Source: Podarcis melisellensis (taxonomy: Eukaryota). From it: a DNA stretch of 33,972 nt. A program made the position numbers and the translations under genes. Of this stretch, positions 24,270-33,972 are shown one piece after another (the stretch's first letter is position 1; each line of letters begins with the position of its first letter). The notes under the pieces are model-generated. The model was not told where the DNA came from and did no database searches. It worked only from the letters and a program-made list of their open reading frames with translations. The stretch lies in the NCBI GenBank assembly GCA_964234715.1, contig OZ174278.1, one strand, 5' to 3'.

Positions 24270-25745
24270 TGGTTGACATCTGTCTGACCCGAGAGACAAC
24301 GGAGAAGTGTGCCTTTGCGGGTGAAGTCAAACTGTTGGAAGGTTACAGCACCTGTTGTGCTGTAGAGACTGATATGAGAGAGACATGCTTTGCAATAGCT
24401 GGGGCAGATAAAGGTGTTCGGTTGCACCGCTGCAGATGCACCATGGCGTTTCTTCTCTTCCTGGCGGTCTTTCCCCCTCTGCTCACTGCTATGGTTGCAC
24501 AATGTGACTGTCTCCAGGCAATGCACTGATCTTCATGCCACGTTTGCAGACATTTTTGCAATGCATAGTTGGTCTGCCAATGGGCCTAGTGCCTGAAGCC
24601 AGCTCCCCGTACAGCATGTCCTTAGAGACCTTTCCGCCCTCCATTCCGTGGACATGACCAAGCCACCATAAATGCTGCTGAGGCAGGAGAGAGCATATGG
24701 GCTTGGGAGAGCATACCTTTGTTTGAGATTCTGTCCTGCCATGTGATGCCTAAAATCTCCCTGATGCAGCACATGTGGGAGGCGTTGAGGCATTGCTCCT
24801 GACAGTTGTAAGTTATCCACGGCTCACTTCCATAAAGCAGTGTGCTCAGCATGCAAGCCTGGTAGACCTTCATCTTGGTATTGGTTGTTAACATCACATT
24901 TTCCCATACTCTTTTGGAGAAGTGAGCTACTGCTGTAGCTGCCTTGCCTATATGCTTGTCTAGCTCAGCATTGATGGAGAGGTTGCTAGTTATGGCGGAT
25001 CCCAGGTACACAAAAGCATCTACCCCCTCAAGAGGGTGGTCACCAATGCTGATGTGTGGAGTGCTGATGATGTCCTTGTTAGGATATTTCCATTCCTCCT
25101 TAAAAAGGGAACAGGCTGTTGTGTGTCACAAGCCTGCTCACAAGGAGTTTCCGTTTTGTATATAGCTTTTGTTTCTGGCTGTTTCCTCAACATGGGCGCA
25201 AGCAGTCATGTTTTTCCTTTGTTCTGACCAACGTTGTAAATATGCTCTTCTGGGTGAATATTCCATTGTGGAAACTCTGCAAAAAGGGCGTGCATGAGTC
25301 CTGGAATGTGTCTGAGGCTTGTGTCGCTAATTGACTGATACTGTTCCAATGGGAGACCGGGAGATCGTCCGGAGACGACATGGATGGCTGCCTGGTGCCT
25401 TGGACTCCCTGGCAGTATCCCAACAGTCCTGACCCAGGATGTTGGTCTTTGTCAGGCTGATGGTAAGACTGAATTCCCAGCAGGCTTGGGCAAAATGGTT
25501 GATGAGACTCTACAGAGCTTCCTCAGAGTGCACTGTAAAGGCTGCATCACCTGCAAACAACATCTCTCAGATAAGGACCCACACTTTGTTATTGGCGCGG
25601 AGATGCCAGATTGAACAGACCTCCCATCTCTCCTTGAATTAAAGTACACACCGTCTTCAGTAGAGCTCAAGGTCTAAGAGAGCAACAAGGAGAACAATAT
25701 GCCAAAGAGAAAGAACACCTGTTTCATACCACTCTTTGATTCCAT
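24270..25745 (-). mobile_element. Decayed RTE-clade LINE (not Bov-B): RT and C-terminal zinc finger, split by a solo LTR
   Basis: Frameshifted pieces: EMLFAGDAA (degenerate FADD), YLGSAITSNLSINAELDKHIGKA, LSTLLYGSEPW, FICPSYCKACLSHISLYS. Confidence 0.88.
25077..25425. mobile_element. Solo LTR (349 bp, Copia-like termini) nested in the RTE
   Basis: TGTTAGGATA...TATCCCAACA (9/10 inverted); perfect 5-bp TSD GTCCT (25072-25076, 25426-25430); removal restores RTE frame ..TNILGQDII.. Confidence 0.9.
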
Positions 25746-26335
25746 ACTCCTTAGAAAACTGAGTTTCTCAGGAACCTGAACACTGAGCATGATTGCAGTT
25801 CTGTAGGAAACCAAGATGAGGTGTACCAATGAGGTGTACCAATCGGAATGTGCATTCTTAGTTTTAGAATTCTTTTCACTGGTGGATTAATTCACTGGTT
25901 CTGCTGGCAGTCATTTGCAAGCTATCTTTGCAGCTAAACTGATGTCATGGGCCATAGGAGTATTCAATAGAACTATTAAAATTTAATGTATAATTTTAAT
26001 TTCTTCTACAAAGCTTGATCTGTAGGGTTAACTAGGTCCAGTATTTCAAACCCCATCAAACAGGCATTTAAATTGCCATGTAGGTTTCTCTCTCTCTCTC
26101 TGTAGCACAATTATAGCAATCAAAGCACACTGCTGACTAAAATGATCGCCTCAGTGAGACACAACTGATGACAGATTTGGATGAAATGGAAAGCCGAGGA
26201 GGCACAGAGTAAAATTGGGAAGTTGCTAATACTATCTTCAAAAAGGAAGACAGCTATGGTGATACTTAAATGAGCCTTATTTCTGATTATGTATAGGACT
26301 GTGATGCCAGCATCCCAGTATCATTTATTGATTGC

Positions 26336-26378
26336 TCCATCCATCCATCCATCCATCCATCCATCCATCCATCCATCC
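26336..26378. repeat. (TCCA)n microsatellite, probably expanded from an L2 tail
   Basis: Directly visible; followed by a minus-strand L2-like tail. Confidence 0.9.
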
Positions 26379-26636
26379 AATCAATCATTTAACAAATTTG
26401 TATACTTCATTTCAATGGAAAACCCCATTCTTCCCAAGGCAATTCACAAGTTACACAATACAATTCAGTTTAACACTGTTTAAAACAACCAAATAATTTT
26501 GGACAGTATTATATGAAAAGACTGTTAAAAGTCAAGGAAAAAACACAACAGTTCACCATAGTGCAAAACTGCTCAAACTGGGGCTAAAGAACCAATTACG
26601 CAGCTTCGAACATAATTAGCAACTAAAGGCCACAAT

Positions 26637-26996
26637 TCTTTTGAATTATGGTGCTGGAGGAGACTCTTGAGAGTCCCATGGACTGCAAGAAGATCAAACC
26701 TATCCATTCTTACGGAAATCAGCCCTGAGTGCTCACTGGAAGGACAGATCGTGAAGCTGAGGCTCCAATACTTTGGCCACCTCATGAGAAGAGAAGACTC
26801 CCTGGAAAAGACCCTGATGTTGGGAAAGATGGAGGGCACAAGGAGAAGGGGACGACAGAGGACGAGATGGCTGGATAGTGTTCTCGAAGCTACCAGCATG
26901 AGTTTGACCAAACTGTGGGAGGCAATGGAAGACAGAAGTGCCTGGCGTGCTCTGGTCCATGGGGTCACGAAGAGTCGGACACGACTAAACAACAAC
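26637..26996 (+). mobile_element. Bov-B (RTE) LINE 5'-truncated copy
   Basis: FELWCWRRLLRVPWTARRSN..; (AAC)n tail; 12-bp TSD AAAGGCCACAAT (26625-26636, 26997-27008). Confidence 0.95.
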
Positions 26997-27480
26997 AAAG
27001 GCCACAATAAAAATATGCCCAGAGGTTGTAAACATCAGCCTGTTAGTGTTGTAAAAACACAGAATTCAGAGTCGGATGCAACCCCGAGGAAAACAGGAGC
27101 TAATTCTAGATGCTCTTTAGTATCTTTTCTACAAGACTTGCCATACGGCCTTGGAAAATCGCTTTTAAGTTTCCTCAGCTCCTCATTACTTGATTATTTA
27201 AGTTGAATTCTTCCGATGCAAAATTATAAGAGCGCTGATTCTTCTCAACCCTAGGAGTTGGCAAGGGCAGTAACCTCTTCCCACTGCCACAACCATATAG
27301 CGCAACCAACTAAAAAGGTGGGGAGGGGGGAGAGAGAGGGATGAAAGGTGGTTAAACTATGTAAGTTATAGAACAGTGAGGCAATACCAGCACAGTCAAA
27401 ATCACAACATCATAATTTCCAGAAAGCAAAAGCTTTCATTCCTTTCAGTTTGCAAGACCAGATTAAGGAAGCCAAAAATA

Positions 27481-27641
27481 ATAAAAACAAAGAATTGTAG
27501 TGTTGGAAGGGACCCCCAGGGTCATCTTAGTCCAACCCCTTCAAATGCAGGAATTCTGCCCATAGCGGTCCCTAGGTAGGCTTGAACCACCAACCCTCTG
27601 GTTAACAGTCAGACTCACAGACCCGTTGCACCACTGGAGGC
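27481..27641 (-). mobile_element. SINE with tRNA-Asn(GTT)-like head and CR1-derived tail
   Basis: Minus strand GTGGTGCAACGGG..CTGTTAACCAGAGGGTTGGTGGTTCAAGCCTACCTAGGGAC resembles tRNA-Asn; tail ATTCCTGCATT..GGGGTTGGACTAAGATGACCC..GTCCCTTCCAACACTACAATTCT. Confidence 0.75.
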
Positions 27642-27771
27642 CTATTGCATAAAATAGCAGATGGAAGTACAAAAGAGAGTTCCATTTCCACCCATGCTTT
27701 TCTGTTTTGTTTATGGATCAGAGACATCAGGCATTTCGACTGGACAGCGTTATGATAAGAATGAACATGTG

Positions 27772-27822
27772 ATAATATAATATAATAATATAATATAATA
27801 TAATATAATAATATAATATAAT
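27772..27822. repeat. (ATAAT)n microsatellite at an L2 3' end
   Basis: Directly visible. Confidence 0.9.
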
Positions 27823-28415
27823 CTGCCCCAAACAGGGTTGCCTTCAGATGTCTTCTAAAAGTCAGCTATAGTTGTACCTCGGCTCCCAAATACCTTTGGA
27901 GTCGAACATTTCAGCTCCCGACAGATCGAAAACCAGAAGCGGGTGTTCTGTTTTTCTAATGTTTTTTTGGAAGCCAAATGTCTGGTGCAGCTTCCACTAT
28001 CGTTTCTAGCACGCCTGCGCAATCAGAAACTAACCGGAAGCCGCGTCTTGGTTTCCAAACGTTTTGGAAGTCGAACAGACTTCTGTTCCAAGTATGACTG
28101 TAGTTGTTTATTTCCTTGACATTGGAAGGGAGGGCTTTCCACAGGGCGGCCACCACTACCGAGAAGGCCTCTGTCTGGTTCCCTGTAACTGCACTTCTCA
28201 CAGTGATGGAACCGCCATAAGGCCCTTGGAGCTTGACCTCAGTGTCTGGGCTGAACGATGGGGCTGGAGACACTCCTTCAGGTATACTGGGCCGAGGCCG
28301 TTTAGGGCTTTAAAGTTCAGCACCAACACTTTGAATTGTGCTCGGAAACATACTGGGAGCCAATGTATGGTTTTCAGAGCTAGTGTTTTATTGTCTCGGT
28401 GGCCACTCCCAGTCT
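27823..28415 (-). mobile_element. L2 LINE 3' relic
   Basis: Minus strand encodes ..AQFKVLVLNFKALNGLGPVYLKE.. and AFSVVVAALWKALPSNVK, typical of the L2 ORF2 end. Confidence 0.85.
27869..28100. mobile_element. Tc1/mariner (Tigger-like) MITE nested in the L2
   Basis: TIR-like TAGTTGTACCTCGG / CCAAGTATGACTG with TA on both sides; L2 is colinear across it. Confidence 0.75.
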
Positions 28416-30825
28416 AGCTATTCCAAAACCACTACCATAGGCAATCCCATATATAATTCTAGAGCCCAGCTGTGCCCCTTTCCTTTCATGTATGAACTTA
28501 CACCATATTTTGAACTCTTTGGGTGGAATTACAAGATCTCTGACAGGCCTGAAGGCTATTCTTTCCCAACTATGCATGCCCTGTTTGGGAATTCCCCAAC
28601 TTACATGATTAAGAATTAAGGGAAGCAGATAGGCCAACCACCATTCACATGTAGGGGAGGCATTTTGCAGAGCTGAGCCTATAAGTGGAGAACCCTGCAT
28701 GTTCAGGACACCAGGCACCTCTCTACAGAAATCTCTTAGTGCTGAGTGGGAGATGTTGGAAGGACGTGATGTCAAACCCTAGCTCTCTAGTGTTCATGCT
28801 GCCCATGGGAGAGCTAGAGAGATCCCTAGAACGCAGTTTGAAAAGCAATTATAGATGTTAAGTTGTACAATTAGAGTACCTATTTAAGATCTGATTGTAC
28901 TCTAGGTCAGGAAACTTGAGAAACTGAGAGTTGCTTCGTCTTTGTATGGAGAAAATCAACCTTCCTTTCGCACGATAGGAATTTTTCTAGCCGTCCCCCC
29001 CCCCCCCAATAAATCATGGAACACTATTCTGATGTGTAAGAAATGGCAAATATAGTTCAATCCAAACAAAATAAATAAGCACAGTATGGAGATGATGTTA
29101 GTAAGCTAGTTAGCATTCCCTCTTCTCTATCATTAGGTGAAAGCTGTTGTTTTCAAAGGACTACACAGGTGATTTGAAAGAAACTCCCTGTTTATTATTT
29201 TTAGGCTTGTGGTATATACTACTTTCATTTTATTCTGCACAGATTCATAGAGTAGTCTGCAATCTTCGGGTGGAATGGGGTCTGTTGAACTTCAGACAAT
29301 GTGTATTTTTTTATTTATCCAGACCCTGGGTGAAATCATTTTATATTAGTGGGCAGAGATTGCCAGGGGAACTGTTAAGGTATATTGGAAGTTTCTGGAA
29401 CACAATAAAAATGAAGCAAGTTGGCCCCATGTTACTTCTCTGGAAAAATTCCATAAAAAACACCAATAAACAAGTTGGTAGATTCTGTCTTACAGAGCCC
29501 ATTACTACTGAACATCAGCTTAATCTAACTATAGTGGCACAGACATAGCACAGGTGAAAAAGATTGGAATCAGAGCAAGCCCAATGAATTTCAGAACTGT
29601 TATTTGTTGTGAAAGGGGAAGAGTAATTTCAGTCTCCCCTCTACTTCTGCCATAATAGAATTCTGAAGAAAATAGAATGTTATCTGGTCCTTACGCTCTC
29701 TCCTCAAACTGAGGACTCACCTCTCACTCCTTCAGTCTATCACAACGTAGCTGAATCCTTTCCAGCTGTGCTGAGCATGTTGTGCTGCCCAGCTTCTGGA
29801 ATCCTATGCTAGCATACTGCAACTTTTTACCTCAACACAGTATTCCTTGTCATATATGCAAAGTGTACACACTGTAATTCAGTCAGTCAAAATCACAACA
29901 TCTTCTCTACTGCTATGTTACTTTCATTATGAAAAGCATGAGGTGTTTTTTTAATGAGTACCTTGCCAATTTTTGTTGTTGTCAAACGACAAGTTTTGAT
30001 GCAAAACGTGAAACTCGTGGAAATTTAGGCTCTGCCCAAATTTCACCTTTACCCTAAAATACTCGAGCTATAAATAAACCAAGTCATTTCAAAACGATTT
30101 AAGCACTTAGGTGCCACCACATTTCACATATCAACACACAAAGATCCGAAAACGATGAACATAACTCTCCTACAAACCCTATAAACCCAAAATTCAGTTC
30201 AAGACTATTCATTCCCATTGTAATCCATATGGCATTTCTGGAGATAAATGGCTGGGCAAGGAAGCCATGCAGACACTGGCACTAATCCAGGTGATAAGTA
30301 AAATTACTAGCTGTTACAAGACTGATACAAAACTCCCTGGAAAGGCTGCTTGATGCCTTTCTCCATGTCTTTATCAGGCCATGCATATTCTACACATGTT
30401 ATAAAAAAAGAATGTATATTCAGCAAAAGAAACAAAAAAAAAGGGGGCGGGGGGAAAAGTAATAATGAATACCCCCCTGTTATTTTGGACTCTTAACAAG
30501 AGTAGAAACAATGAAACAGAAAGCATGCCTTTCGCACAGTATTAAAAGAATGTGCTATTTCCTGCAGAGTTGGGAAAGAAAGCCTCTGAAACCTGGCACT
30601 TAGGCTAATGTTTCCATGAGACAGAGAACTGCACACAGTGTAACAGCAGGAGCAATTTATGGTACGCAGGAACAAACCAGAAGTTAAAATACGCTATACC
30701 AGCGACGATAGCAAGAGCAAATAACTTATCCAGGCAAGTTCCCTAATAGGAAGAAAGCACATAATTAATAAAAATTAGCTTGCACACTCGCAAACCTCCT
30801 GGATGCCATAGGCAACAAGAACATA

Positions 30826-31067
30826 AAGTGGTACCTCGGGTTACATACGCTTCAGGTTACATACGCTTCAGGTTACAGACTCCGCTAACCCAGAAATAGT
30901 ACCTTGGGTTAAGAACTTTGTTTCAGGATGAGAACAGAAATTGTGCTCCGGCGGCGTAGCAGCAACAGGAGGCCCCATTAGCTAAAGTGGTGCTTCAGGT
31001 TAAGAACAGTTTCAGATTAAGAACGGACCTCCGGAACGAATTAAGTACTTAACCTGAGGTAGCACTG
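30826..31067. mobile_element. Tc1/mariner (Tigger-like) MITE
   Basis: TIRs AAGTGGTACCTCGGGTTA / TAACCTGAGGTAGCACTG, TA TSD, internal repeats GCTTCAGGTTAC and GTTAAGAAC. Confidence 0.88.
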
Positions 31068-31789
31068 TAGTCTTCGGAATATAGTCAGATTCAGCGACAG
31101 CTAGTGACCCACCCTGAAAATATTAATTACCTTCAATCACATTTTCCATGATGCATTCTAAGGAAAAAGACCCATCTTTAGAATGAAACATGAAATATAT
31201 TTGTGCAGCTGGCTGAAGTTTTCAGGGGAAACAAATGATCGTTTTAATTAACTAAATAAAGCTGCCTCGTTATGATGGATAGGTGCATGTGGATAGAGGG
31301 CCTGAGTTGTGCAAGGGCCCCTGGAGGGTGAGACATAAGAAAGGGAGTCCCAGCTCCTACGTGCAGGGCAGGTTTGACCCAATTGTTCTTCAGAAGTCAG
31401 TGTCAACCACTCATGTATACAGAAGAGAGCCAAGGGATGTGGGTAGGGGCAAAGTCTGCTTCCTGCCTCTGATGGCTCTCGCAACTAGTGAGGGGCAGGT
31501 TTTACTCAGTCTCAAAGCGACTCACAAGCAGCTTTCTCAGACATGCTAGGGTTATGCTGGGGACTGTTTTAACAGAGACATGACTCTGAGGGACAGAAAG
31601 AAAGTGTCCACCCTCACTAGCACACAGGATGCCCCCCTCCCTGAAGATATTTCCTCTCAATAGTTGCATGTGCAAAATTCCCAGTCTGCTCCACAAACTC
31701 CTCTAGATTTAAAACAGTTTGGGGGTGGGGGAGAAATGTGAAGATTTGGCCCGCGAGAAAGTTAAAGTTCATGAAGCCACCCATTAGTA

Positions 31790-32174
31790 TATATAGGGTC
31801 CTACCTCCAACAGAGCAGAGACACAAAAATTGGAGTTATCTGCTATTGCCCTTGTATTATGGAATGCCTAGCTCCCTGTCAAATGTGAAGCAGCAACCAT
31901 CAGTTGCTTCGGATGTCCTGTAAAGGCTAACCTCTTGCACAGGCTTTTTCTGACCCATAAGATTGGACCCTGCTTTATTTATTTGAACCTCCCCCCCCCC
32001 AATTCCTGTTTTATTTGCTTTTATTTGTCTTTACGTGCTTTAACACTGGTGTTTTATTGGTTTCTGGTTGTATTTTTGTTGTAATGGTACGGTTTGCTTT
32101 GATATTGTACATTGCTTAGAGAGTTTAAAAATATTATGTGGCTTACTGATGCTTTTAAACAAACACATAAATAA
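31790..32174 (+). mobile_element. Old L2 3' end relic
   Basis: TGGAATGCC..CTCCC, CAGGCTTTT, T-rich UTR, TGTAC.TTGCTTAGAG.. and an AATAAATAA-like tail. Confidence 0.6.
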
Positions 32175-33972
32175 CTTATTGAAGAGCTCTCAGGCCAAAT
32201 CTCCAAGCTGCTTTTTCACTTTCGTGCAATTTCATTCCCCCTTCTTGCCCACCCACCCCCTCCCCACCGGTACTGTATTACCTTGGCTACCACCTGTAGA
32301 ACAAAAGCTGAACCAATGATTATCAAGGCTATTTCCAAGAAAACACGTAGCAGGTTATTAGAATACTGTAATCCTGCTGGGTTTGTGCTTTGAGGTGCCC
32401 CTGCTTCATCAGTGACCACTATTCCCTACCATGCAAATAAAAGCAGAACCCGCTTTGTCAGGCTGTGAATGCATTCGCTTCTGTAAGCAAAGTTTCCTGC
32501 ACGTACGCACTGTTTATCTCTGATTTGTGTTTGTATATGGCTTGAGCAAAGAAATCATGCAAAAGCAAACACTAGAAAAACATTGTCAGCGTGCATTAGT
32601 TAAGACTTCGGCCTTGTCTCTGACAGTTTTCTAGCACACATCTGAGGCAATTTGAGGCCGTTATAATGTGCATCTAACCTGCAGGTGCTCTAGAGACACC
32701 CAGAAATCTCGTAACCACACAGTCCTTGATAGAAAGGAAATTGCAGCTGACACAGGTGCAATGTTCCTTTCTTTCCCTGCTCGCTGTAACGCACTACACA
32801 GGCCTGTTATCCACTGGCAACTACTGGGTCTACAACACAACAGGAATGCCCACTGCTATGTTGATGGTACATTTTCAGCTACTGCACTGATCTTATGGAG
32901 GCAAGTGGTAGTGTTAAGCAGCCACCATTTTAATTTACCATGATACCTACTGCACAGAATCATGCCCTTGGGGATCCATCATTTTAATTCTAGTGGGGTC
33001 TACCCTTTTAAGTTATCACCATTTCCCAGAATGATGCTATATTAAGGGCATTAGGGAAAAATTAAAAATATGGTTGGTTGGAATTTGGAGCATTGTAGGC
33101 AGGAACAATCTGAAGAGGAGAACATATCTTACCCAGGAGGCAAAGAAGCTCTCTAGAATTCTTAATCTCCATGCCACAGATGCTCTCATGCTGTTTTCTA
33201 CCCCTGCTTTAAGAATAAGGTTTTATTGAGTACAGTATTTCCAAAACTGGGCGGTATTCAGATAGGTTTTACTGAGAGCAGACCAATTGAAATGGATAAA
33301 GATGAAGTTAGCTCCATTAATTTCAGCGGGTCTACACTGAGTAATTTTTTTCCTATATGCTCAGTAATACATTTATAGCTGCATGCTGGAACAATTCACA
33401 AGAATTATCAGGTATTTTATTATCCTGTATCAAATTTGAAATGGTACCTTAAGAAATGTCCTCATCACCACAAATGTCTGGACCCCCCCCCCAAGTTTTG
33501 CAGTTGTTTGTTATAGTTTTGGTTACGTCTTTATGAAAAGAAAGCTTTACTATTTGGCCCATTTTTTTATTTTCCCGTTTTGAAATGGAGGTTTGGGGTA
33601 TTTCAGATATGTACCTGCATTGATTGCAATATGAATTTGTATTTGCTGACATCACTTTGGAAATTTGTGTTCCTAGCTGGAAAGGTTCTTGACTGGCCTA
33701 CATTCAGGCTTGGACCCACCCACGAAGGAACAACAGCCAAGGATGTGTTTCTTAGGAGATTATGCATCTTGATCATAAGCAGAGACATATTTCTTGGATG
33801 CTACGCTTATTGATTGAAGAATGAGCCCGTTGGACAGTGTGCACAATTCTGCCAAGATAAACATATAATCTGGGAGACTATGCATATTATCTGGAGAATA
33901 TACAAAGATACACTCCTTTCCTAAGACCTGTTAGAAATTATTCAAAGTGCACAGAGTGCGCACAAAACCCTT

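Noticed and set aside
23816-24526. 236-aa ORF as a nested gene
   Set aside because: Its N-terminus is the RTE zinc-finger end, reading through into MITE and intron sequence
25816-25841. 13-bp tandem duplication ATGAGGTGTACCA
   Set aside because: Real but ordinary slippage or repair duplication
26667-27206. 179-aa ORF as a host gene
   Set aside because: Bov-B ORF end reading through into flank
27568-27641. Functional tRNA-Asn gene
   Set aside because: Multiple stem mismatches and a CR1 tail
30838-31025. CRISPR-like repeat array
   Set aside because: Internal repeats of a Tigger-like MITE in a vertebrate intron; no unique spacers or cas genes
33128-33160. Upstream NALCN exon (ending ..RAPACLQ) at a GTAAG donor-like site
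   Set aside because: Translation does not match; I found no further NALCN exon, so neighbouring exons probably lie outside the window

Overview
Eukaryotic, intron-dominated window from a squamate reptile, most likely a lacertid lizard (inferred from the Sauria SINE, Bov-B, tRNA/CR1 SINEs and Tigger-like MITEs). It lies inside the minus-strand NALCN sodium leak channel gene. Two coding exons are present (7165-7296 and 3670-3837, domain II S1-S3, probably equivalent to human exons 11 and 12). The rest is intron packed with mobile DNA: hAT and Tc1/mariner MITEs with clean TSDs, three Bov-B 3' ends, RTE and L2 relics, three solo-LTR-like elements and SINEs. The most striking structure is a very young Penelope-like retroelement complex (20031-22491) inserted in (TA)n. 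It has an open RT-C-terminal/GIY-YIG ORF, perfect inverted pLTRs, a collapsed second unit and three minimal hammerhead-ribozyme motifs, two of which are sense in the NALCN pre-mRNA. Other oddities: a 27-nt U6 retrocopy with a 13-bp TSD, two SINEs sharing a CR1 tail but carrying different tRNA heads (Lys, Asn), a TSD-less ~880-bp insertion 19 nt from a NALCN splice acceptor, and a consensus competing 5' splice site that would create a poison isoform. All family assignments are from recall, not database searches. Most ORFs in the supplied track are spurious or TE-derived.
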